From Planctomycetota bacterium (lineage in GTDB: Bacteria > Planctomycetota > UBA1135), in the NCBI GenBank assembly GCA_045047305.1, contig JASFYO010000067.1, positions 1 through 16,682 on the forward strand: 16,682 nt of DNA. The letters run 5' to 3'. The position numbers and the translations under genes are program-made. Below, one piece after another: positions 1 to 9,736 of this stretch (positions are counted from its first letter, which is position 1; each line of letters begins with the position of its first letter). The notes beneath the pieces were generated by a model that was given only the letters and a program-made list of their open reading frames with translations, was not told the DNA's origin and did not search any database.

Positions 1-26
1 AGGCGTAGGATTCCCGGCACTGTGTC

Positions 27-557
27 ATGATTCACACTCTTCTAATCTCCGGCGGGAATGGCCTTGGTAGCCTTCTCGAAGTAGGGGCCAGCAGCATTTT
101 CTGGACCCCACTGATTTTCCTGCTTTCGCTTCCATTCATGTGGAAGTTCGTCTTCGGGCCTATCACCAAGGCGCTGGAGGAGCGTGAGAATAGTTCGCGT
201 AATGCTGCTGCAGCCGCTGAATCCGCTCGGGAGGAAACCGAGCGTCTAAAGACTGCCATTCAGGAAGACCTGGATGCTGCACGCCACGAAGCTGCCAAGC
301 AAGTTTCCGACGCCAAGGCGCGGGCCGCCGAGCGCGAAAAGGAACTCATGGCAGCGGCTAAGGAAGAAGCTGAGAAAGAGCGCGCACGCGCCAAGGCTGA
401 TATCGAGCAATCGCTAAACAACGCACGCGAAGTCTTGCGTAAAGAAGCGGTTCAACTCGGAGTTGGTGTTGCGGAACAAGTGATCCGTCGCGAATTCTCA
501 GAGGCTGACCAGTCCCGATTGGTCGCCGACTTCCAAAAAGAGGCCAACCTCAACTAA
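27..557 (+). CDS. atpF: F0F1 ATP synthase subunit b
   Basis: One N-terminal hydrophobic helix (IFWTPLIFLLSLPFMWKFVFGPITKALEERE) followed by a long Ala/Glu/Lys/Arg coiled coil; directly upstream of the delta subunit gene. Confidence 0.93.
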   Translation: MIHTLLISGGNGLGSLLEVGASSIFWTPLIFLLSLPFMWKFVFGPITKALEERENSSRNAAAAAESAREETERLKTAIQEDLDAARHEAAKQVSDAKARAAEREKELMAAAKEEAEKERARAKADIEQSLNNAREVLRKEAVQLGVGVAEQVIRREFSEADQSRLVADFQKEANLN

Positions 558-560
558 AGC

Positions 561-1112
561 ATGGCCCAGGCTCACATTTCTCCTGCTGCCCGCCGTTACG
601 GTCGCGCTCTCTTTGAGGTCGCACTGGAACAGGGCTCCTTGGACTCGGTTCGTGCAGACTTAAAATTGCTCGGCACTGTTCTGTCCGACCCGGAGACCTC
701 GCAAGCCCTGGCCGATCCGCGCATAGATGACCGTCAAAAGCGTTCTTTGTTGGACAAGGCTTTTGGCTCTTTTCTTCATGAACACACCAAGCACCTCATG
801 GGTGTTTTAGAGGCGCGCAAGCGCTTAGTGCTGCTTGTGCAGATACCCACCGCGTTCGCCGATTTGCTAGATGTCCATGAAGGGCGTCAGCGCGGCGTGC
901 TCGAATCCGCCTCTGCAATTAACGATTCTGATCGTCAAGCTGTTGAGGCATCGCTTTCCCAGAAAACTGACCATAAGGTTTCGTTAGAGACCAATATCAA
1001 CGAGGATTTACTCGGTGGTATTCGGGTCACGCTTGCCGGCACCCGTTACGACGGCTCGGTGCGCGGTCATCTGGATCGTTTACGTCAAAACCTCGAGAAC
1101 GTGGAGCTTTAA
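561..1112 (+). CDS. atpH: F1 ATP synthase subunit delta
   Basis: ARRYGRALF at the N-terminus and LLGGIRV...YDGSVRGHL at the C-terminus, typical of OSCP/delta; lies between atpF and atpA. Confidence 0.95.
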   Translation: MAQAHISPAARRYGRALFEVALEQGSLDSVRADLKLLGTVLSDPETSQALADPRIDDRQKRSLLDKAFGSFLHEHTKHLMGVLEARKRLVLLVQIPTAFADLLDVHEGRQRGVLESASAINDSDRQAVEASLSQKTDHKVSLETNINEDLLGGIRVTLAGTRYDGSVRGHLDRLRQNLENVEL

Positions 1113-1139
1113 GCTCCCTGATCCAAACGGATTCCACTC

Positions 1140-2714
1140 ATGGAACTGCAACCCTCTGAAGTCACCTCGGTCCTGAAAAAAGAGATCGAGAGTTTCCAGG
1201 CTGGCTCAACCACTGAAAAAGTTGGTCAGGTCCTGCAAGTCGGCGATGGTGTCGCCCGCGTCTACGGTCTTGATGACTGCATGATGTCGGAACTGATCGA
1301 GTTTTCTGGAGGTGCGATGGGCATGGCCCTGAACCTCGAAGAAGACAATGTCGGTTGTGTGCTACTCGGCGATGCTGCCTCCGTAAAGGAAGGCGATATT
1401 GTAAAGAGCACCGGACGCGTCATCTCGGTGCCAACTGGTGGTCAACTGCTCGGCCGCGTGGTCGATGCACTTGGCAACCCCCTGGACGGCAAAGGCCCGC
1501 TCAACACCACTGACGCAGATTTGCGTCCCATCGAGCAAGATGCACCTTCGGTAGTGGAACGCGAACCAGTCTCGGAGCCCATGGCTACTGGTCTTAAGGC
1601 CGTCGATGCCATGATTCCGGTTGGCCGGGGTCAGCGTGAACTGCTGATTGGTGACCGTCAAACCGGCAAGACTGCGATTGCCATCGACGCCATCATCAAC
1701 CAGAAGTTTACTGGCGGGGGAGACCCATCCAACGACGAGCAGGTTCTTTGTGTTTACGTTGCGATTGGCCAGAAGCAATCGACCGTGGTGGACGTTTTGC
1801 GCAAGCTGGAAAATGCGGGCGCCATGAAGTACACCATCATCGTGAACGCATCGGCTTCTGAAGAGGCCGCCATGCAGTTTATCGCGCCATATTCTGGAAC
1901 TGCCATGGCTGAACGTTATCGCGATGCTGGTCGTCACGTGTTGATCATCTACGATGACTTGACCAAGCAGGCCTATGCATACCGTCAGGTGATGTTGTTG
2001 TTGCGTCGTCCTCCAGGGCGTGAAGCTTACCCAGGTGACGTCTTCAACCTGCACTCACGTCTTTTGGAGCGTTCCGCGAAGGTCGCTCATGACGCCCCGG
2101 ATGTGAATCCTGAGAAGTACTCCAAAGGAGGCGGTTCCATTACCGCATTGCCGATTATCGAGACTCTCGAGGGCGATGTTTCGGCTTACATTCCGACCAA
2201 CGTAATTTCGATTACCGATGGTCAGATCTTCCTCGAGTCCGACTTGTTCTACTCCGGCGTGCGTCCGGCAGTGAACGTGGGTATCTCGGTGTCGCGCGTG
2301 GGTGGTGCCGCGCAAACTCCGGCCATGAAGAAGGTGGCAGGTGGTTTGCGTATTAACCTTGCTCAGTACCGCGAGCTGGAAGCCTTTGCTCAGTTTGGTT
2401 CCGACCTGGATGCCGCAACTCAGCAGGCGCTGAACCGCGGTGCTCGTCTGGTCGAGCTGCTTAAGCAAGGTCAATACATGCCGCTCGAGAACGCTGACCA
2501 AATCGTTAGCATTTTCGCTGGTACTTCGGGTCGTCTTGACGATATCGCCACCGAAAAAGTGGGTGATTTCGCGGAGGGCTTCATTGAATACATGAAGGCC
2601 AATCACGCAGACACCATGACCGCATTGAACGGTTGGAAAACTAAGTGGAACGACGAGTTTGAAACTCTAGTCGGCGACGCTTGCGATACCTTTAAGTCCC
2701 AGTTCGTTGCTTAA
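1140..2714 (+). CDS. atpA: F1 ATP synthase subunit alpha
   Basis: Walker [55 protein letters not shown]. Confidence 0.99.
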   Translation: MELQPSEVTSVLKKEIESFQAGSTTEKVGQVLQVGDGVARVYGLDDCMMSELIEFSGGAMGMALNLEEDNVGCVLLGDAASVKEGDIVKSTGRVISVPTGGQLLGRVVDALGNPLDGKGPLNTTDADLRPIEQDAPSVVEREPVSEPMATGLKAVDAMIPVGRGQRELLIGDRQTGKTAIAIDAIINQKFTGGGDPSNDEQVLCVYVAIGQKQSTVVDVLRKLENAGAMKYTIIVNASASEEAAMQFIAPYSGTAMAERYRDAGRHVLIIYDDLTKQAYAYRQVMLLLRRPPGREAYPGDVFNLHSRLLERSAKVAHDAPDVNPEKYSKGGGSITALPIIETLEGDVSAYIPTNVISITDGQIFLESDLFYSGVRPAVNVGISVSRVGGAAQTPAMKKVAGGLRINLAQYRELEAFAQFGSDLDAATQQALNRGARLVELLKQGQYMPLENADQIVSIFAGTSGRLDDIATEKVGDFAEGFIEYMKANHADTMTALNGWKTKWNDEFETLVGDACDTFKSQFVA

Positions 2715-2728
2715 ACGGAGCTTAAACC

Positions 2729-5043
<2,315 letters not shown>

Positions 5044-5060
5044 TCTAGGGCGAAGCATCC

Positions 5061-5483
5061 ATGGCGACTACCGCATCCACTTTGACTCTCCGCATTGTCT
5101 CTCCCGAGAACATCATTCTCGATCAGGAGGTGCAATCGGTGCAAGTCCCCGGCGAGGACGGCATGTTTGGTGTGCTTCCACGCCACGCCGCCATGGTGGC
5201 GTTGACCGACAGTGGTCCGTTACGGGCTGAATCAAACTCTGGCGAGACCATAGAATTCATCATTCATGATGGCTTCGCCGAAGTCAAAAACAATGTCGTG
5301 ACCATTTTGTCGCGTTCGGCTGAGAAGTTGGATGAGATTGATTTGGAGCGAGCGAAGAAAGCTGCCGTCCGTGCGCGCGAGCACATGAAGGCGCATAAAG
5401 ATCATGTCGACCGTGCACGTGCAAACGCAGCATTACGTCGAGCATTGATGCGTGAACGTCTCAGCCGTCGTCTTCCTTCATGA
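5061..5483 (+). CDS. atpC: F1 ATP synthase subunit epsilon
   Basis: LRIVSPE, G.FGVLPRHA, GFAEV, IDLERA; follows atpD. Confidence 0.97.
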   Translation: MATTASTLTLRIVSPENIILDQEVQSVQVPGEDGMFGVLPRHAAMVALTDSGPLRAESNSGETIEFIIHDGFAEVKNNVVTILSRSAEKLDEIDLERAKKAAVRAREHMKAHKDHVDRARANAALRRALMRERLSRRLPS

Positions 5484-7321
5484 GCGCCGCCGCTTTTTGG
5501 CGGTCCCATGCATGCGGCGAACTGCGTGCAGAAGATGTAGGCACCGAAGTGGTGTTGGCGGGTTGGGTTGCCAATCGTCGCGATCACAGCGTGGTGCGTT
5601 TTGTCGACTTGCGTGATCGTTACGGGATTATCCAACTGGTCGCGGACGAGGACGCGCCAGAAGCCGGCATGGAAGGCTTGTCTGGACTTCACCCGGAAGA
5701 CGTGTTGCAAGTGCGCGGCGTGGTGCGCATGCGGGTTGAAGGGCAGAGGAACACGGATCGCCCGACTGGCGAGGTCGAAGTCTTGGTGCACTCAGTAGAA
5801 AAGCTGAGTTCTGCAGCGCGTTTGCCATTCGAAATCGCGGACCATATCGATGTTCCGGAAGAAATGCTGATGCGCTATCGCTATTTGGATATGCGTCGCA
5901 CACCATTGCAAGAACGCATGGCTTTGCGCACCAAAGCGAATCATTCTTTCCGCTGTGCTCTTGTGGAAGAGGGTTTCTTAGAGATTGAAACTCCGATGAT
6001 GACCAAATCGACTCCGGAAGGTGCCCGGGATTACTTGGTGCCTAGCCGTACGCGTCAAGGGTCTTGGTATGCCTTGCCGCAGTCACCGCAGATTTTCAAG
6101 CAGTTGTGCATGGTAGGGGGTATGGATAAGTACTTCCAAATTGCTCGCTGTATGCGCGATGAAGACTTGCGTGCTGATCGCCAACCTGAGTTCACTCAGT
6201 TGGACATGGAGATGTCCTTCGTCGACGAGGAAGATGTTTACGCCCTGGTAGAAAAAGTCATGGCAGCGGTTTACCGCGATGTGCAAGGCGAGGAACTTTC
6301 CCTTCCATTGCAGCGCATGTCTTATGAAGAGTCGATCCGGCGTTTTGCTTCGGATAAGCCAGATTTGCGCAATCCGATTGAGATTGTCAATCTTGCCGAA
6401 GAAGGCGCTCAACTGAATTTTGTGGTTTTTGACAAAGTCCTGAGCAGCAGTGGTTGGGTACGCGGTATTCGCGTTCCTGGTGGCGCAACTTTGTCGCGTA
6501 AACAGATCGATTCCATTGAAAGTGCAGCTAAAGATGCAGGCGCTGGTGGAGCTGCTTGGTGCAAGGTCAGTGAAGAGGGCCCAACCGGTCCACTTTCACG
6601 TTTCCTCAAAGCAGCGGAGGGAGAAAACCCGGTTGAGTGTCCGGTTCACATCGGCGGCCTTTCAGAAGGAGGAGCCAGCTTTCTTAAAGCTTTACGCGCC
6701 CGACCTGGTGATTTAGTCGTCACCATTGCCGATGCTCCACGTCGCGCATTGGTCGCCCTGGATGCCATCCGCCGTCAAGCTGGTGCACTTATGGGATTGG
6801 TTCAAGGTCCAGATCGCTTGTTGTGGATTACCGAGTTCCCGCTCTTCGAGGTGAACGACGATGGCGAGTTCCATCCGGCCCACCACCCCTTTACCTGTCC
6901 AGTCCTGGAAGATATTCCAGCTTTGGAATCCGGGCAAAAGGAAGGAATCCGCTCTCGCGCTTACGATCTGGTTTTGAATGGAGTTGAGTTGGGTTCGGGT
7001 TCTGTTCGGATCCACCAACGTCAACTGCAAGAGACTATTTTCAAGGCGATTGGCCTTGATCCTGAGGTTGCCAAAGAACGCTTCGACTTTTTGTTGGAGG
7101 CTTTTCGTTACGGCGCCCCTCCCCATGCTGGTTTCGCCATCGGCTTGGACCGTCTTTATGCGTTATTGTTTAACGCAGAGACCATTCGCGATGTCATCGC
7201 GTTTCCTAAAACAGCTACCGGGAATTGCCCTTTAACCGGCGCCCCGTCTGTAGTGGATGAAACCCAGCTCCGGGAACTGGGTATTGCTCAAGAGATTCCC
7301 GCAACCCTCAACGAGGCATAG
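5480..7321 (+). CDS. aspS: Aspartate--tRNA ligase, bacterial type, probably non-discriminating (Asp/Asn)
   Basis: FVDLRDRYG, RYRYLDMRR, STPEGARDYLVPSR, LPQSPQIFKQL, RDEDLRADRQPEFTQLDMEMSF, GAPPHAGFAIGLDR, IRDVIAFPKT; ATGA overlap with atpC. Confidence 0.98.
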   Translation: MSAAAFWRSHACGELRAEDVGTEVVLAGWVANRRDHSVVRFVDLRDRYGIIQLVADEDAPEAGMEGLSGLHPEDVLQVRGVVRMRVEGQRNTDRPTGEVEVLVHSVEKLSSAARLPFEIADHIDVPEEMLMRYRYLDMRRTPLQERMALRTKANHSFRCALVEEGFLEIETPMMTKSTPEGARDYLVPSRTRQGSWYALPQSPQIFKQLCMVGGMDKYFQIARCMRDEDLRADRQPEFTQLDMEMSFVDEEDVYALVEKVMAAVYRDVQGEELSLPLQRMSYEESIRRFASDKPDLRNPIEIVNLAEEGAQLNFVVFDKVLSSSGWVRGIRVPGGATLSRKQIDSIESAAKDAGAGGAAWCKVSEEGPTGPLSRFLKAAEGENPVECPVHIGGLSEGGASFLKALRARPGDLVVTIADAPRRALVALDAIRRQAGALMGLVQGPDRLLWITEFPLFEVNDDGEFHPAHHPFTCPVLEDIPALESGQKEGIRSRAYDLVLNGVELGSGSVRIHQRQLQETIFKAIGLDPEVAKERFDFLLEAFRYGAPPHAGFAIGLDRLYALLFNAETIRDVIAFPKTATGNCPLTGAPSVVDETQLRELGIAQEIPATLNEA

Positions 7322-7323
7322 TC

Positions 7324-8049
7324 ATAGGCTCACGTAGAAGAAAACGATACGCTCCGCCGGAGAAGGAAAAATACCGCATTAACCGGCGTATTCGAATCCG
7401 CGAAGTATTTCTCATCGACCAAGATGATAATCAGATTGGTCCCACTCCAACCAACAAAGCACTGCAGATGGCAGAGGCGGCTGGATTGGATTTGGTTGAA
7501 GTTGCTCCGCATTCGCGCCCACCAGTAGCCAAGATTTTGGACTACGGGCGTTTCAAGTATGAACAAAAGAAAAAATCGAAGAGCAAGGCTAAGACCGCTT
7601 CTTCGGTGCTTAAGGAGGTGCGTGTGCGGCCGAAGATTGATGTCCATGACCTGGAAATCAAGATACGGAAGGCCCGTGAGTTCCTAGAAGCTGGGCATAA
7701 GGTTCAGGTGACCTGTCTGTTCCGTGGTCGCGAAATGGCTTACCAGAGCATCGGCCGTGGGGTCATGCTGAAGGTTGCCAAGGAGCTGGAGGACATTGCA
7801 CGGGTGGAACGTGATCCGCGCATGGAGGGGCGCCGTATGAACCTCCTGATGGGGAAACGCACCACGCCGTTGATTCGTCCATCGCTTGAAGGGGATAAGA
7901 GACTGGCTGCATCTCAGCCTGTTGCAGCGGCAACTGGTCCTCACGCACTGAAAGTCATCAAGGAAGACGATTTCGAGGATTTACCTTCGATTCCTGCTAA
8001 GGAAGAGGGAAATCCAGAATCTGACACCCCAGACACGACTGAGGCTTGA
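7324..8049 (+). CDS. infC: Translation initiation factor IF-3, probable non-canonical ATA start (241 aa)
   Basis: GLDLVEVAP..RPPVAKILDYGRFKYE, KEVRVRPKIDVHD, FRGRE. The frame stays open upstream of ATG 7468 and encodes the conserved IF3 N-terminus (YRINRRIRIREVFLIDQDDNQIG). ATA 7324-7326 is 7 nt downstream of GAGG (7313-7316). Gene identity is secure; the exact start is inferred. Confidence 0.93.
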   Translation: MGSRRRKRYAPPEKEKYRINRRIRIREVFLIDQDDNQIGPTPTNKALQMAEAAGLDLVEVAPHSRPPVAKILDYGRFKYEQKKKSKSKAKTASSVLKEVRVRPKIDVHDLEIKIRKAREFLEAGHKVQVTCLFRGREMAYQSIGRGVMLKVAKELEDIARVERDPRMEGRRMNLLMGKRTTPLIRPSLEGDKRLAASQPVAAATGPHALKVIKEDDFEDLPSIPAKEEGNPESDTPDTTEA

Positions 8050-8073
8050 CCTCAACTCTCTGGGCCGTACAAT
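8046..8073 (+). promoter_or_regulatory. Sigma70-type promoter upstream of rpmI-rplT
   Basis: TTGACC (8046-8051), 16-nt spacer, TACAAT (8068-8073), then GC-rich ATGCGGCCC; each hexamer is 5/6 to consensus; lies in the largest gap of the gene run. Confidence 0.7.
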
Positions 8074-8121
8074 ATGCGGCCCATTTTTCCCCACTTGGCC
8101 CTAAGACACAGGAGTAAAACT

Positions 8122-8319
8122 GTGCCCAAGCAGAAAACAAAAAAAGCAGTCTCAAAACGATTCAAGCTGACCAAGAATGGCAAAGTCATTCGCCGTCACC
8201 AGATGACCGGCCACTTCATGTGTGGCAAATCCCCTAAGCGTCGCCGTAACTTGCGTCGCACCGCTGTGGTTCCTGGTGGTATCGCCAAGAACCTGGCTAA
8301 GCTCATGGGCAAGAGGTAA
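8122..8319 (+). CDS. rpmI: 50S ribosomal protein L35 (GTG start, 65 aa)
   Basis: MPKQKTKKAVSKRFKLTKNGKV...H...KSPKRRRNLR; AGGAG at 8110-8114, 7 nt before GTG 8122. The ORF-track start at 8074 over-extends it. Confidence 0.96.
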   Translation: MPKQKTKKAVSKRFKLTKNGKVIRRHQMTGHFMCGKSPKRRRNLRRTAVVPGGIAKNLAKLMGKR

Positions 8320-8325
8320 TCTGAG

Positions 8326-8685
8326 ATGACCAGAACACGTAGTGTTGTCCCTCGCGTACGCCGCCGTAAGCGTCTTATGCGTCGTGCTAAAGGATTTTGG
8401 GGTGCACGTCACCGGCTAATCCGCACGGTTAAGGAGACTCTTCTCCGCTCCGGAAACTTCGCATATCGTGACCGCAAGGTTAAGAAGCGCGAGTTTCGTA
8501 AGTTGTGGATTCAGCGCATTAACGCTGGAGCCCGCATGAATGGAACTACCTACAGTCGTCTGATTAATGGCATGAAAAAGGCCGATATTCAGATTGACCG
8601 TAAGGCGCTATCCGAGCTTGCCTTTTGTGATCCAGCAGCCTTTAAGGTTGTTGTGGAAAAGGCCCAAGAAGCTCTAGCAGCCTAG
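8326..8685 (+). CDS. rplT: 50S ribosomal protein L20
   Basis: AKGFWGAR, AYRDRKVKKREFRKLWIQRINAGAR, YSRLINGMKKADIQIDRKALSELA; GAGGT at 8313-8317. Confidence 0.98.
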   Translation: MTRTRSVVPRVRRRKRLMRRAKGFWGARHRLIRTVKETLLRSGNFAYRDRKVKKREFRKLWIQRINAGARMNGTTYSRLINGMKKADIQIDRKALSELAFCDPAAFKVVVEKAQEALAA

Positions 8686-8698
8686 TTCGGACCCGCAC

Positions 8699-9736
8699 AT
8701 GCGAGACCGTCTCGAAGCATTACGCCGTGACGGTCTCGCCGCGGTTTCCGAATCCCAAGACCTCGACACCCTGCATGGGGTGGAATCACGTCTGCTTGGA
8801 CGTGGTGGAGCTTTGACTGCCGAGCTGAAAGGGCTTGGTAAGTTGTCGCCCGATGAGCGTCCGGTGGTGGGGAAGCTCGCCAATGAAATTAAGCAAGCCT
8901 TGCAATCCGCATTGGATGAGCGTCGGGCAGCCATTGAAGCCTTGGAACTGGCCTCCGATTTGGCTGGAGAGGGACTTGATCCCTCACTTCCAGGCGCTCC
9001 CGCCCCCCAAGGTGGGGTCCACCCTGTGCTCGCGATTTCGCGGGAACTGGAAGACCTTTTCTCGTCCATGGGTTATGTGGTCTGGGATGGCCCTGAGATT
9101 GAATCCGAGGCGCATAACTTCGACGATCTTAATATTCCGGCAGATCACCCTGCCCGAGAAGGCCACGACACCATTTGGATGGATGTTGAAGCTGGCAGCG
9201 GACGACGTTGTTTGCGCACCCATACTTCGCCTGTGCAGGTGCGCGCCTTGAAAGAATTTGGCGCTCCTCTGCGTGTGATTGCCCCCGGGCGGGTGTTTCG
9301 GCAGGAAGCACAAGATGCGACTCATGACCATACTTTTCACCAGATGGAAGGCTTAGTGGTAGATAAAGGCGTCGGCGTGCCGCACATGTTGCATGCCATG
9401 AACAGCCTCTTGGAGGGAGTTTTTGGTCGCAAATTGGAAACCCGGTTGCGTCCTGGTTTCTTCCCCTTTGTGGAACCAGGCTTCGAGTTGGATGCACGTT
9501 GCCCGTTTTGCAAAGCGGGTTGCAAAGTGTGTAAAGGATCCACATGGATTGAACTTATGCCTGGCGGATTAGTGCATCCGAATGTACTTAGGGCTGCGGG
9601 GATTGATCCAAATGAGTACAGCGGCTTCGCTTTTGGGCTGGGCCTTTCCCGTATTGCCATGTTGCGCTACGGCATTGATGACATCCGCTGGATGATGAGC
9701 GGTGACCTTCGTTTCCTCGAGCAATTTCAGGCATGA
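8699..9736 (+). CDS. pheS: Phenylalanine--tRNA ligase alpha subunit
   Basis: NFDDLNIPADHPARE, LRTHTSPVQVR, DATHDHTFHQMEGL, FFPFVEPGFE, GFAFGLGLSRIAMLRYGIDDIR. Confidence 0.98.
   Translation: MRDRLEALRRDGLAAVSESQDLDTLHGVESRLLGRGGALTAELKGLGKLSPDERPVVGKLANEIKQALQSALDERRAAIEALELASDLAGEGLDPSLPGAPAPQGGVHPVLAISRELEDLFSSMGYVVWDGPEIESEAHNFDDLNIPADHPAREGHDTIWMDVEAGSGRRCLRTHTSPVQVRALKEFGAPLRVIAPGRVFRQEAQDATHDHTFHQMEGLVVDKGVGVPHMLHAMNSLLEGVFGRKLETRLRPGFFPFVEPGFELDARCPFCKAGCKVCKGSTWIELMPGGLVHPNVLRAAGIDPNEYSGFAFGLGLSRIAMLRYGIDDIRWMMSGDLRFLEQFQA

Noticed and set aside
1..26. Possible end of atpE (TAG at 6-8)
   Set aside because: Expected from gene order, but too little sequence to support a call.
7468..8049. 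ORF-track start for infC at ATG 7468
   Set aside because: It would remove the conserved IF3 N-terminal segment encoded in frame upstream.
8074..8121. 16-aa N-terminal extension of L35 from ATG 8074
   Set aside because: This ATG directly abuts the predicted -10 and would lie upstream of the TSS; GTG 8122 has an AGGAG SD and gives the canonical MPK start.
8686..8698. pheM attenuator or T-box upstream of pheS
   Set aside because: Only 13 bp separate rplT and pheS, leaving no room.
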